A DNA stretch of 64,000 nucleotides from Dicyema japonicum (GCA_011109175.1 RDEW01000041.1:372001-436000), one strand, 5' to 3'. Shown: positions 38,246 through 53,730, counted from the first letter of the stretch. Numbers and translations are program-made. Notes: generated by a model not told the origin, from the sequence alone.

Positions 38246-39569
38246 AAAAATACTACACAAAAAAAAAATTAAAAAGAGGTCAAGTGAATCACCCCATTAG
38301 TAATCACTCGGGGAGGGCGACAAGTTTTTTTTTGATTTTTTGGACGTTCACTTTGATTGTTCTGCCATATGACACCACGATGGAGAAGGATTGATGTCGG
38401 GGACTCGGATGCGTTTTTTATCGCTCACCCTTGAAATTCTCAAATAAATAAAATCAAAAAATCAAAAGAATTTTGTTCCTCTTTTTTATCAACCTCTTAT
38501 TTTTCCATATTCAGGTATCGTGTCTTTAGTCGACGCACAGCAACCAGGAAGCTAAACAAACATTTAGTGCAATAGAGGTACGTCACTACCACAACATCCC
38601 AACAATTAATCATTGGCTAAATCATTACATCCCATTTCTGTGTGACGTAAACGTGTTATGACAGAAAAATATAGTCTCATATTAGTTGACTCTGTCGACT
38701 TCACTACAAACTCATAAATTAACTTCCAGGCTTTTAGCTTTTTCCTAGCATTAATTATCATTTAAATAGTGTTTGAGTGTGGTGGCATATAAAATTCTCT
38801 TTCTATCCACAAATTATATGCAGCAAAATATGGTTCTTGCACAATTTCTCCTGATTTTGGTACACAATATGTATTTTAATATAAATAAACTGATTTTATT
38901 GTAATGAAGTTTTCAGTGAAATATTGGAATGAAACAAGTCTTCCTCCTAAGGTGTGCTTTAAATTACGATAGTTTGCCTAGTAATGTATCAGTAAAGTCA
39001 TAAATGAAGCTATTTTTTATAGATTTGAGTTCATGTCACGCTAGAAGTAGTATCAACTAAAAAAGACAATTTTAATAGCCATTAATTGTCTGAGGAATAT
39101 CTATGTGTCTCCCAGAGTGCTTGTAGATTTAAGATACAGTGTATGGGGGTAAATCCAAAAATCGAAGGTCATCCAACTTGAATGTTTAAGTACATTAATT
39201 TTAGGCGATGTCGATGTAATAGTTTGGTACCCTGGTTTCGACAGTTTATGTCTCTCAGCCATTGAGGTCTTTCAATAACTAATATTTTTTTCTACAGAGA
39301 CCGAACAGGGTACCAAAAAGCCGATAATAGCTTGGATGCCATAAGAAAGTGTTCAAATTCTCTCTGAGCTAGATCTCTTACATGTTACAGCCAAGGATTG
39401 TCCAACCTTCACAAGAAATGACAATAAAATTAAATTTGACCAAAAAGAAAAATAAACGTTAAAGTTAAAAAAACATCTTTTAATAATAACTTTAAAATTC
39501 GTTAGAAAGTAAATTTTCGTATATTGTCACTTCTTAGTACACCTGCATTAATAATATTTTATAGTGTCG

Positions 39570-39640
39570 CTATTGTTGGAAAAGTAACACCATTGATCGG
39601 GAAAGTGACGCTATTGGTCGAGAAAGTGACACTAATGGTG
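39570..39640. repeat. Imperfect 21 bp tandem repeat (~3.3 units)
   Basis: TTGGAAAAGTAACACCATTGA / TCGGGAAAGTGACGCTATTGG / TCGAGAAAGTGACACTAATGG / TGGGAAA. Confidence 0.6.
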
Positions 39641-39664
39641 GGAAACCCTATATTTTATTATTAT

Positions 39665-40480
39665 TACCATGTATCACTGAAATTTCGTGTCAGAATATAC
39701 GACACGTTTGTTAAGCCAATATTGCTATACAATTCCAAAACATAAGGAATTTCGAAAAACGATTTAGAGAAGTTAGATACTTTTTGCAGAAGTAGGCTTA
39801 CCACTTTATTATTCTAGAAATCTGGGACTTTCGGTGACAAAAAAATATTTTCACAGAAAACAAGAAAACATATTTATTTAAAATTAACTAAGAAAGTAGA
39901 TTAAATTTTTGAACTGAATGAACTTTATCTAGGAATTTTTACTAGAAATTTTGATAATCACAATCCCATATTACTAAATAATAATAAATATGATAATCCG
40001 GGACATTCCGGGACACTTAAATCCTGGAGAAAATCTGGGACTGTCCCGGCTAATCCGAGACGGATGGTAAGCCTACACAGAAGCCAACTGCGCAAATTGA
40101 CTGGAATCTTCAGGCCGATAAAAATCTCAAACGAAAAACTATATGTAAATCTAGACCAATTAGCATGGACGTTATTTTATCGAGATGGCAACTATTGGAA
40201 CATATTCTTAGACTGGACCCGACTATTTATGTAACAGAATAATGGAAGAATTTTTCTACAGCACCGGATGTCACGGATTTCGAGACAGACAAAGAAATAC
40301 ACTTCCAAATTGCTTAAAAGATGATTACGAAACAGTATGTCGTAAATTGGTGACAGCAGATGATCTGTTCGATGTTCGAATGAGGGCTAGAATCAAGATG
40401 CGTGGGCGAGGATGGCTGCAAAGCAAGCCCTTTTAGGGCTACGCGAAAGAGCACTTAACTGAATATTATAATAGCCAGGT
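39665..40480 (+). mobile_element. RTE-like LINE RT C-terminus, interrupted by a MITE
   Basis: RIYDTFVKPILLYNSKT...LDTF(C/H)RS|QLRKLTGIF...SNEKLY...WQLLEHILRL...FRDRQRNTLP. Confidence 0.7.
39793..40075. mobile_element. hAT-type MITE (283 bp)
   Basis: 11 bp TIR TAGGCTTACCA...TGGTAAGCCTA, subterminal (C/T)CGGGAC repeats, imperfect 8 bp TSD TGCAGAAG/CACAGAAG; removing it restores the RTE reading frame. Confidence 0.8.
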
Positions 40481-40789
40481 GGTTAATCAACCGAGTAATT
40501 GGGAGGGCGATATTCCTCTATTGCATGACACGTCTTCATCTCTTCAAAATGGATGTGATCTCTAATTTCAACTAATCTCCTGTAAATGAACGAAATGGTG
40601 GACTCGGGAGACAGTGGATATATGAAGTTTCAAAACAAAGGATCGTCGAATCTACTATAGTCGGGTTCGAATTTTTTCTAAAAGAAAATTGGAAGTACTT
40701 TGACAAATCTACATAAAACAGGAACGACGGAACTATTGCTTAAAATATAATTTTCCGAATGTCCTCAGAGTATGTATCAACATACGTAT

Positions 40790-41165
40790 AGTTTCAAGCC
40801 AGGTTCCGACCAGTATCAAAAGGGAATGTTGTCATCCCGTCGGGGCCATCGTCTCTGGTGAGATCAGTCGGCTCCAAAATGCAGTGGTGGCCAGCAGAGG
40901 AAAGTTCGTTTTTTAACTTCAAGTTGAGACAGGCTTGTTTTGAGAAACGACTTGCGCGCACTTTGCACGACAGTGGATGGTAGCCATATGGTTCGATCAA
41001 ACGTCCACAACGAACTTTTCGCGCCTCACACACTTTAAGACCAAGACGTAGCGAGGCGGGTATTCTCACTTCCTCATCGCCCATAAGGTTGCCAATCCTA
41101 ACATAAGGATAGGCGTTTAGTCAGGCACTAGCCGCTTTTAAGGGATGCAAGTCTTTTCGCATCCC
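40790..41165 (-). mobile_element. CRE-clade retrotransposon RLE fragment
   Basis: EEVRIPASLRLGLKVC...RCG..I..YGYHPLSC...LEPTDLTRDD(..)GPDGMTTFPF. Confidence 0.75.
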
Positions 41166-41489
41166 AAATGCCCTCAAGGTGCTCCCTCTTTTTTCAAAGA
41201 CACTTCTCGAATACGCTTTGATTAGCGTGGCCCTCCACATTACGATAAGGCTCCTTCCTCAAGTCAACAGCTCTCGATGGAGTCATATATGCATTCAGTC
41301 CAAAATATGAGTTGAGGACCGTATTCATCAAATTCTCTGAGGAGATTAATAGGATAAATACGCACTTAATCGGCATAAAAAATACGGTAATTTTCAATCC
41401 TCCAAAACAAACTGGCAAAGTTGCCTGAAGCCATCCTTAGTCATCAAAATGTATGTTTAAAATCGCTTCGAGGGTTGACTTAATTTCAT

Positions 41490-42380
41490 TATCGAGGAGA
41501 GATGGGAGATCCTAGTCATTATTGAAAAATGGTCGTTCCCCTGGACTATTAATCCCAATCCAGAAACAAACAAACCAGTTGTCCCAGTGGAAAACCTACC
41601 CCCTATAATCTTGCTCAAAACTCTACGTAAAGTCTTGGCATTGGTTACACTGAATCGTGTCAAGGATTGAGTGAACGACTATTTCGTCAAAGTCACAGTG
41701 GATTCAGGACTGGGAGATCAACGACGGATATAGTATGGAGCCACAAGTGGCGCTGCGCTGTAAACCAAAGATTCCAAGCGCAACTACAATCTTTGGTATA
41801 GACTTATCTGGGGGCTCAACACTGTGCGTCGAGGTTACTACTGAATGCAGTGGAAGGATTTCTGACTCTGTGAAAATGATAAGAGTTCTCTTATCTGACA
41901 CGAAACTAGGAGTCCGAAAAACTATTTCAAGAGAATTCCTATATAATGTGGGTACTCCTCAGAGACTCCCTCTCTCCTTTACTGTTTATCTTATACGTGG
42001 AGACAGCGCTACGTGATCTTGGAAAATTTTATAAAGATGACGTAGAAGAATAACATTTATGCTGACGACGTCGACTTCATATAGAGAGATAGAGCAGCCC
42101 TTGTTCGCCTCTCGGAAGTAGCTCTCAATGAACTTAAAAATGGTATCTAACGGTGAATTTTGCAAAAAGGAAATAGTGAATATTAGAAGGATGGAGAAAA
42201 ACTTGGATTAACAATGGAGAAAGACCAATAAGCTTGGGTCCTTATTGTAGGCAAAGGATATCGTTCGAAGAATGATCCTCTCTACGGCTGGGCTGAACAA
42301 AGTTAAAAAGAACTGGACCTACGTAAGACGATCAAGTAGATATTTCCGGCTATACAATCCCTTGTTGAATGTCGATGGAG
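41490..42380 (+). mobile_element. RTE-like LINE reverse transcriptase core, degenerate
   Basis: LIPIQK..KP...NL.PIILLKTLRK, FGIDLS, GTPQ.DSLSP, YADDVDF at ~42059-42079. Confidence 0.75.
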
Positions 42381-42779
42381 AGCAGCCAGTAATTACTCAC
42401 AGTTAATTTTTCTCTTTAATTGGCTTAATAAATTAAAAAAAGGTTAAGTACTGTAACATTTTTTTAATGTAACCGAAATGTGACATTAAGCCAGTCCTGT
42501 TATATAATTCACCAACATGAGCGATTTCCAAGACATAAAAGGCAGCTGAGGAGAATGCTCGATAAAGAATTGGCCAAATAAAATAAACAAGAAAACTTTA
42601 TATAATGTTTGCTCCACTGGTCCTTTGAGTCAAGAAGCTTTATATAAGCACAGAATAAACCATAAGAGGGGTCTGAGAACGAAGAGGAAAGTTGTGGGAG
42701 AAGCCAATTAATATTTAAGCTAAAGAAACACCCTCTTAACCACTAACTAATATTCAGGTGATCTCGGCATCTCTAAAAA

Positions 42780-43260
42780 ATCGGGACATCTTTTCTCGAT
42801 GCTACGACCGTGACCCCACACATTTTCTATATGGGCGGGGGTCTTTTATCTCTCCTCTTCTGAAATTGTCTCTAGTTGCCTCTATGATAGACTCAAGTGT
42901 TCTTGGGACATTTTCTCCATCCGTATATTCTTCCAGTAAATTGATTGCTTTTGACTGGATCTCTTGAATTTTTATTAGGTTTGTTGCCGCCAGATTAGAT
43001 CCCCACGCAGCAAATGCATAGCCTATTGTTGGCTCAATATACTGCTTGTAGAGGGTCCCGACACCTGGCGGATAAATTCCTCCACAGTTCCAAAGGAAGG
43101 CTTTTACAAAATTGATCTTCTTTGCACATGTTGATTCGATAGATTCCATATGGGCTGAGAAGCAGAAAAAAGTATCAAAAGTTACTCCCAGTATCTTCTG
43201 CGATTTCTTCTGTGGAAGGTACTCCATTTGATGTGACATCAGTTGATATCGATTCATGAA
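42780..43260 (-). mobile_element. L2/Jockey-like LINE RT C-terminus (second subfamily)
   Basis: KILGVTFD..F.FSAH...LYKQYIEPTIGYAFAAW...KIQEIQSKA. Confidence 0.7.
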
Positions 43261-44169
43261 CGCGTCATGTAGTTCACCATTTCTGATGGAGTCGGATAAG
43301 TCCTAAACTATATCTAAAAAAACGTTAATGATACATGTTGGTGAAATTTTATAATTTAGGTTTTCCACGATGTATTATTATTTTTATTAAAAAATAAAAT
43401 TTATATTCATTAGTAATATAAGACTATATTGCCTGTATTTTCAGATATTGCTAATTCCGTTGGATTCTAATAATTCAAACAATTTCCCTACAAAAATATC
43501 AACATTCTAACAAATCTGTCAAGTAAACTTCCCACGTGTGCTAATAGCTCTAGACTTTGTTGATTATGATACCAACCAGTTTTTATACATGTTAGAAAAA
43601 CCGAAAACTAATTGGATTTTCCGACAGGGATATAATGAGAATAGCATGTCTCTTCAAAAAGTCTTTCTATTATTTAAACTCACTTTGAACTCCTTCCACG
43701 TGAACTTGAACATATTCGACACTTTTCGTGATTTTTTTACGGAAATGGGCTTTATGTTTATATTCTTGGAATTAAAAATATCGAATCTCGAGTTTCCGGG
43801 AGCACTCAGTACTGACTTTTGTGAAAATAATCTTTAATTGCGGGCTTCTTGATATACCCTTACAAGCTTAATGAGTGGTCACGTGTTTCGAAAGTTCAGT
43901 GTAGTTCTTCGAACATTCCATGGTAAATAATCTTTCAGTTAGCAGCTTCGACTCACATCAGAACATTCTTTTGATTGACAACAATAGAAGGCATCTCTGG
44001 AAGCGTTACAATTCCTCTTGTTTTTTTACAGTGTATAAAAATTCCATTATGATGGGGGTTAATTTTCGCTATGACAATGAGTAATATAACGGTAAACTCG
44101 TCTGATATTCTTATATGTGAGTAAGACTTCATTCAATTGAGTTGCGTCATAATTCATTTTGGAAAACGA

Positions 44170-44420
44170 TTTTATTATTTTATAAACCCCAAGACCACCA
44201 AGAAAGAAAGTATTATATTTATTTGAAACCCCGCGATCACCGAGAAAGAAAGACAGACATTTAGATAATCCAAGTTCCCGCAATCAAACGAGCCATCCGA
44301 CGTCTGTGGTCTCTCATTGTTTCCACTACCGTGCGAAAGAGCCTTCTCTCATTTGGGGGTTCTCGTAATAAAGTATTAACTCGCTACTTAATTAGTTAGT
44401 TAAGCTACCACGGCGTCACT
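44170..44420 (-). mobile_element. SINE-like element, family B, sharing the family A 3' tail (tail duplicated)
   Basis: Different body, but ends TTTCTTTCTCGGTGATCGCGGGGTTTCAAATAAA followed by a second TTTCTTTCTTGGTGGTCTTGGGGTTTATAAAA. Confidence 0.5.
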
Positions 44421-45170
44421 TACTTGTATTATTATTATCCCAAGATCACTGGGTCAAAAAAAAGAAATATAAGTTCTCTACTAACTAAGTGATCCCAGAC
44501 CAACAAGGGAGAGGACGAGTCCGGTGGGGTCGAGAATCCAGCACAGCTCTTCTCATTGGACTAACTTGTAGGAATTCGATAATTAGGTGATTCAATTATA
44601 TTTGTGAATTGTTAAAAATTATTAATTTAAAATTTTAAATTAACTTAAAAATTAAATTTAAATAAAAGAAATTGTTTCCGCATGTGCTTTTTTATGTGAG
44701 GTTGTAAATAACATATTTTTCATATTTTATAATCTGGTTTCTTTTATAACTGCAATGTCCACATCGTGTGAGGTTAAAAATTCCATGAGCTCGTTTCTTT
44801 TTCAAATGTTTAGTTGCAGAATTGTTATATGTATTCCTTTACCCCAGGTTAGGTTCGACGCATCTCTGGAGAGAGCAAGGGAATCGTGGAAGTGGCTGAA
44901 CTCCTCCTTGAGGACAGCCAAAAGAATCCCATGGAGAAGAAATTGTAGATATTTTAGTCGTTGTTATTTACACAACGTCCAATTTTTGCCACGAGGAGGT
45001 GATCCATATCGAAAATTAGTATGTCGTTTATAATGTATTTGAACGTGCACATGATGATTAAAAGGCGAATAATAATGGCGGGCATTTACCGGACCACATG
45101 TCTTGTCATTATGCTTTAACTTATTTACTGATGCACAACCCCTATTATTTGTTTTCCACAACCCCTATTA

Positions 45171-45610
45171 TTGTTCTCTTCGGCACAACGAAAGCTAAAT
45201 TTTGTTAAAACACTCCTTGGACAATATAATGGGTGTTTCAACTCAATTTTGAACTCGCTCTACATGCAGTATATTCAACCGTCTCTAATTTACAGGTGTG
45301 CTGCATGGGGAACCAACCTATCAAACAGGAATATGGAAAAAATCAATACCTTCCAAAAAATGGCGAGTAAGGCTTTACAAAGGTTTTCTTGGACACTTCT
45401 AAACCATACACCATTTGAGGAATTAGTGAGGAAAACCGGAGCCTTACTACCTTCCAAAAAAGTTAGAAACCCCGCCCAATTCGGATATGCGTTGGAACTT
45501 GGGAAGAACACCGAGCAAGATGGAGATGGCTACTTGAGGCGGCCGGAATCACCTGACGGCTATGTTATTTAATTTGTCAGTAATTTTTGGTTTTTAATAG
45601 TAATAATGTA
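45171..45610 (+). mobile_element. L2/Jockey-like LINE 3' fragment
   Basis: KLNFVKTL...LYMQYIQPSLIY.CAAWG; paralogous to 6920-7330. Confidence 0.75.
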
Positions 45611-45979
45611 AAAAGAGAGTTTTTATTAAATAAATAAGATCAACCCCTAAGAGGTTAGATGACCATAATGAGATACAAGATAAGGCCTAGATATGACCGT
45701 GTAAGGAAGGAGCTGTTTAATGTGTATTTTATGGTTTAAGAATATTTTTAGTGAAACAAGATGGAGAGTGCCCAGACGTGGTAACTGTCTTCCCTTTTTC
45801 TCGGAGAAAATGCTTGATTTGGGATGGGGCCTGTACTGACATTTTTTTCAGTCGAGACTTGCTGGTTCCGCGTTGAAAGCTGTTGAGGTGCTCGGCCTTT
45901 CGAGAATTTCAAAATAAAAAAATACGACAGCCTCTCCACAAGATTCCATATTCAACCAGTTTTTGTCAAAACAAGTGGA

Positions 45980-46115
45980 GCCTTCGGGCCATGGACGGTC
46001 TCTTTAATGAAATCGCTTGGGTCAATGATTTCTAAAGTTAGTAATGAGCGTCTGGAAACCGAATGGTTGTTCCAAAGAATTTTTCAGGCAGTTGTCAAGG
46101 GAAACAGTCATTCTA
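45980..46115 (+). repeat. Dispersed repeat family C, copy 3
   Basis: GGGTCAATGATTTCTAAAG..AATGAGCGTCTGGAAACCGAATGG..GGCAGTTGTCAAGGGAAACAGTCATTC. Confidence 0.75.
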
Positions 46116-47150
46116 TTATTTGGATTGTTTTGTTTCGTAATAAATTGTTTCCAATATAAAAAAACAAAATTGAATTTATTGATTTTTATGAGCTCTAAAA
46201 TAAAACCACTAATCCTTAATTTTTTTAACCAGACTTCAGTTTCAATTTTCAACACTATTAAAGTAAGATGTGAGAGGGAATGTCCTATACACTTAAGCAG
46301 ATTCTGTAAAACTTAGTTTATGCGAAGTAATGTCAAATTCAATAATGGCCTTAGTGACCCATCAATCCAAGTGTCGGTGGATGGGATAGAAAACTCAAAT
46401 ATTTTTTCAGTTTCCGATGTTTTTAAAAAAAACGGTGTGATTTGTGAGTTGAATGAAAATTTTCTTATTCCAAGGTATATCTTATTTACCCAGCTAGAAG
46501 TTACGTCTCGAAGGAGAAAGTCTGTTTTGTTTTTTGGAATCATCATCATTCTCTCATGTGGGAGAAACAATGGCTTTTTCCGAAAAGGAATCATCCCGCT
46601 TCTCAAGAAGATTGCGATTAAATCCTGACTATTTCAGATTTATGAGGTAATTTTTTGTTATTTGTTCTTAGTTACTTGGGGTATCCATAAAGTAACTTCA
46701 GATGTTTTGACATCCCCAACAACTCCCCTCCGACTTCTTCGATTATGGAAAAATATCCCCAACAAGTCCTCGTCGACCTCTACAAAAGTTCATACATAAT
46801 CTTATCACCTATATGCTTTAATACCAGAGTATTCTCCATTACCATAGTTCTCCGTAATCACGGTAAAATCCTGTATGGTGAATGAACACGTGTCTATAAG
46901 CTAGCTAAGCAACTCTACTATATTATCCAATATTTCCATGGCACCCAAGTCATCAATAAAATCCCACCTAGACACATTTGACAAAGCACGTGTCTTGTCC
47001 CTAATTAACAAAAGCCTTAATAGCTTATACAAAATCCTTAATTATTATTTACTTCCGTTATCAACAGTAAAGTACCACCTAGTCATCCATGCATGTTCGA
47101 CCTCACCCACTGCTCTAGTAACTCCACCAGTAAACTAAAATCAAAGAATT

Positions 47151-48009
47151 TTAAATATTATATTGGCATTCAATAGTATCATCAATTTGTAACAATTCCT
47201 GTAAAATATTCCGCAAAATTCCGCGATCAAACGGATTTCCAATGGCCCTTTCCAGGTACCAAATATGTCTCGGATTGATGGTGATAAACTCCCACGTGGT
47301 CTGGTTTGTACAGACAAGAAAACAATGAAACACAAACAGTCCAGTAGTACCCAAGGCAGTCCCGACACTCGCATATATCAAAAAAAAGATGAAGTAGTTC
47401 CAAAAAGAAAAGGAGATTGACCAGACAACAAGGGACCTCAAATAATGAATAAACATACAGTAAATTGGACAGGCTCCACCAGGAGCAGCAAGCAAACAAG
47501 CCAAGTAACAGTATAAAGAGCACGTGGTTCTTCTTTCCAATGCAACAGCCCAGAAAGAAGCAGTGGTGGTCGTACCGCTCTACACAGGACTTGCAATGGT
47601 AGCAGTGACGGGAACGAATTTTTTTCTACGGTGAAAAAACGAAAAATACAATTGAGGAACACTGCATGCAGATAGTCACGGAATTCCCCCACGTAGGCTC
47701 CATTTGCGATTCACCATGTTGAATGTCCTAAAAATGAGAGCTCTGCTTACTCTGATTTTGTCTACGTTGACGTTGTGCTTACAGATATGGCCGGGACCGA
47801 CATGCCACGTGGCATAATAAACGGCTAAGGAGGTTATCAGCCAGAAGTAGAAACAAAAGGGGAGATTCCACAGAGAGGAATGGAATGCACAATGTATCAC
47901 TGAAAGTGTAGAAAAAGACATGGAAATTGTGAAAAAATAGAAACAAAGGAATAGGTGGTAGCTTGGAATGCCTGTTAGTAAAAAGGAATACTTGAAATAG
48001 TACTACCAT
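47151..48009 (-). CDS. DHHC-family palmitoyltransferase (ZDHHC)
   Basis: Spliced ICMQCSSI|KKIRSRHCYHCKSCVERYDHHCFFLGCCIGKKNH, flanking TM segments, TTWE and NPFDRG motifs; four tiny introns; start codon approximate. Confidence 0.92.
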
Positions 48010-49134
48010 AATCAAAGCGACTTTTATTTTTGGATTTCATTCATTTTTCTACCATAACCTGATTTGAATATTAATTATATTCAATTATTATATATTAAAA
48101 TAGTTATTTAAAAATTAATTTATAATCTTAAAAGATTTTCCATGATTTGAAACTATTTTTTATTTATTTTTATGATTTGACACGTATGCTCTTTACTTTT
48201 CTGTTTTTTTTGGGTGTATGTCCTTTATAAACGATCCGGTTCCGCAGTGAAGTTTACTGATGGCGGCGTCACTCGTCAAGCCAAGTATGTGATAAACTAG
48301 TTTCCGACAAATTTTTTAGAGGAAAGCGTAGGACTATGAGAGCTCAGTGGATTGCCATAACAGATTTTCGCTGCGGTTTAAACAGGCATTGGCAGCACTC
48401 TATGGGAGATAGTTCACATCGAAAATATTCAAGCTATATCCCAAATTAGGGGTTTCCCCAACCACAAACGGAAAGATGGTTATTACATACCGACATTTAA
48501 AGAGAGGAGCTTTAATCACGATTGTCGCCAATAAGTTTTGTTTTGGAGTCTCAAAGGAAATTCCTAAATCGAATTTTATTCAAATTTCCCATTACATGTG
48601 ATAATTTGTTTACTACAAAAATCAATTTTTTTCATTTCCATTAGTTTCCCTACTTTTCGATAAATTGGATTTATATTTGAAAATTATTACTTCCTCTTAA
48701 AATTTTAATTCTAGAGAGATATCCAATAAAATTTTATTATTTCGTCATCCGTGATTAGTGGTTTTATTATCTCATTAAATGCTTATTTATGAACAAATAA
48801 ACAACGAATTCCTTTTGCTCTTCTTAATAGGTCAACCTCCTCAACAATCATGTAAGGCCAAACAAGTGGGATTTTAACCAAGTCTTTACTATTCACCCCG
48901 CCTGACTTATTAGGCCTAATCCTATGACTAATTGACACGTGGGTTGTCATGAGGATATTAGTACGATTTATTTTCACCCATAGAGTAATAAGTCTGGAAA
49001 ATCACAGATACTTTAGTAACCGTCCATATACTCATTTTAAGAAATCGAAATTGTAAGGTCATGTTGACGTATATCGATAAAGACGATAGATTTTGTTAAG
49101 AATTATTTTTTAACCACACAAATTCAGGTCTCAA

Positions 49135-49415
49135 CTTACCTCCGGATATACCGAGAAAGAAGTTAAAGTAAACAAATAGTTAAGTGCATCCAGTTTCCAC
49201 TTCTACAGAAACAGAGTCCATCCGGAATCAGCAAAAAGGGTAAAGACGTCCATTACATACAATTGAAAAAAGCCCTCCAGTGGAGTGTGCAAATGATCAT
49301 TTTGGCGTCACCTAGAAGGTGGATCACATGACGTCACTCTAATAGGAAGGGGAAGAGAGAAGGAACAGACAAAACAACAGAAAACTTTAATCTATTAGCC
49401 ACATGTCACCGCGCG
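49135..49415 (-). mobile_element. SINE family A copy with small internal deletions
   Basis: Match to 411-726 (CCGAGAAAGAAGTT...GGATCACATGACGTCACTCTAATAGG). Confidence 0.85.
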
Positions 49416-49615
49416 GCGATAATTTTTTGCAAAGAATAATTCAAAATGTGGTTAATAATAATTCAAATAAATATCGATTCCAGTTTTTTCCGTGAAGATT
49501 TGACATGGAAATTTGTAATTTAAGTTTTAATTAATTTATTTTTTAATTTAAAATTAATTTTTTGTTGGCTAACCACTATTTAAAATAAATTTTTAATTGC
49601 ATAAGACAAATAAAC

Positions 49616-51553
<1,938 letters not shown>

Positions 51554-52589
51554 TTCGTTCGATTTTCCTCCTAATAACCTTGAATTTATTGGTTTTTATG
51601 TCATTTTTTTAATTTTGTGCTTGTGTTAGGGATTTAAAGTTAATCTAATACGCCCTGTGCTCATCTCGTGCACTACTCGCGGATTGCTTTATAAGTAGTC
51701 CAGGAGAAATAACAGTAAGCACTATATTAGATTATAATTTATTTCCCGCTTTAGATATTCCATGTTTGGGAATACAGGGTTTAGATCGAACCTTACAATT
51801 TCGTGTAGCTCGCCGCTCCTAATCTTCAGTCATAAGCAGATAATGGGATTCCATATTTATATGATTATGCGCTCTGAATTAGGCTTTTTTATTTTCTTGT
51901 CCTTATTTAAACAATTTAGTTTAGGCGTGTTGTGGTTATCTTCATTTCTGAGTCGTTTATGAAAAACCAAAATTGCGTCATTTATGTGAAATTCGAAATT
52001 TTTGTTTCCTATTATGATTACATACAATAAGCTTAAATCGATAATTGTTGACATTCACATTGCAAGAAATAAAATTCTTAAAATTATTTCTTTGTCGACA
52101 GGTTTTAGAGGCGGCTGGTTACTCTCGGCACTCGAACGCGTCGGAATGCGAAGGCGCGATGTAAGCGTCGGGGTGGAATAGCCATCTTTCCTTTTGCTAC
52201 TGGAAAGCTCCTACTTCTTGAGTCCACTTTTGCTTCAAACAACCTCCCTCAGAATATTGCTAATGCCAATTTAGTACTGAGAGACGAAGATGCTATCGGA
52301 AGTAATCTAACTCATCAGTTAACGTTTGTTTCCTATCCATGTGTGACTTCTGGAACCCTTCAACACTCATACATTTTTAAATATAACATTTTTACAGGTC
52401 ATATACATCAGTCTACAGCCTGGTAAGCGTCAGCGACGACATATGTAGTTTCTAAGAAATTTATCGGAACCGTTAGCTACGACATATGTCTATAGTCGAA
52501 TTGTTTTTCGATTTTAAGTTAAAATTATTTTAACTTATATTTTTGATTTAATTTATTTAATTTTTTAATTTTTTAACTATTAACAATAT

Positions 52590-53730
52590 ATTTTGCCACT
52601 AAAATTTTTGGTTGACGTGTCTAAGATAGAAAAATCGTACCAACTTAAAACTAAGGCCATTATACAGGATTATCCTAAAGAATTTCTGATTTTTGAGGAT
52701 GGTGCGCTATACTGTCGACTCTGTTTGTGTTTACTTTATTTTGTAGCAATCAAAAAGTTTTTGCTAATACGGATGAAACAAAAATCCGGGGCCAGAGATA
52801 CGTTGCTGTGATGATTGGGTCGTTAAATTCTCCTGAAACAACATATCTGATATCGTTTAAGGCGATAGAATCTGCTCCTAACAAGAACATCATTACTCAG
52901 ATAGTCGACGATGCACTTGGGAATAATTTGGTTCAAAAGGAAAATTTCCTTTTGTTAATTTCGGATGCCGCAAATTATATGAAATCAGGTAAAATTTTAT
53001 GTTTTAGCCGGCAAAATACTTAAAAATCTTTACCCCAAGTTATTCCATGTCACATGTACCGTTCATCTATTACACAATTGTTGTGAGAAAATAAGAGACT
53101 CTTATCCGGAAATTGATTTGATGATAGCTACTATACAAGCAGCAATTAACAAGAACAAAGAAGAAACTAATATTCCAAGACAGAAACATCGCCATTCCAC
53201 CTCGTGCGCATTTGACAAAATGGGGGACTTGGCTTAAGGCCGCTACATAATATTCATAAAATCTGATCGGAGTTCAAAATTTTCGAATCATTCGCGGATG
53301 ATGGATACCTAGTTCAAACAGCTAAAGAAAATCTTCAAAACCATGTGTTAGTGAGCAGTCTATGTGACCTTATCCAAAGCTATTCAAACATTCCAATTTT
53401 TGAGTAATGTCGCTATTGCAGATATTATTACGAAATTTAAAGTACGCGCTTCACAATCGAACAGGCATATGATTGTTTAGAATCGTTGGAATTCAGAAAT
53501 GACAACAAATTTATCAAAGAATACATAATTAAAAGGCTTAAAAATGATATTTTGAACATAACTAAAATGACTAATTCACACATATCTTCTGCCGAGTATT
53601 CATTACTCCTGAATTGCCAGCCAACTTCGTGCTCGGTTTGAACGATGTTTCTCTGAGAAAGATTTTCTAAGATCCAACGAAATTTTCTATAGAAATTTAG
53701 AAAATTATGTAATTTGTATGTGTAACAAAA
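52590..53730 (+). mobile_element. hAT-like (DUF659-type) transposase pseudogene
   Basis: BED-like YCRLC, DETKIRGQRYVA, LLLISDAANYM, LYPKLFHVTC.VHLLH, TKWGTW, QPTSCSV*RCFS; several stops and frameshifts; TIRs not found. Confidence 0.75.

Noticed and set aside
20970-48300. Shared ~28 bp ACTGATG(A/G)CGGC(A/G)TCACTCGTCAA at ~20970 and ~48260
   Set aside because: Too short, and it does not extend clearly; probably a remnant of an old repeat.
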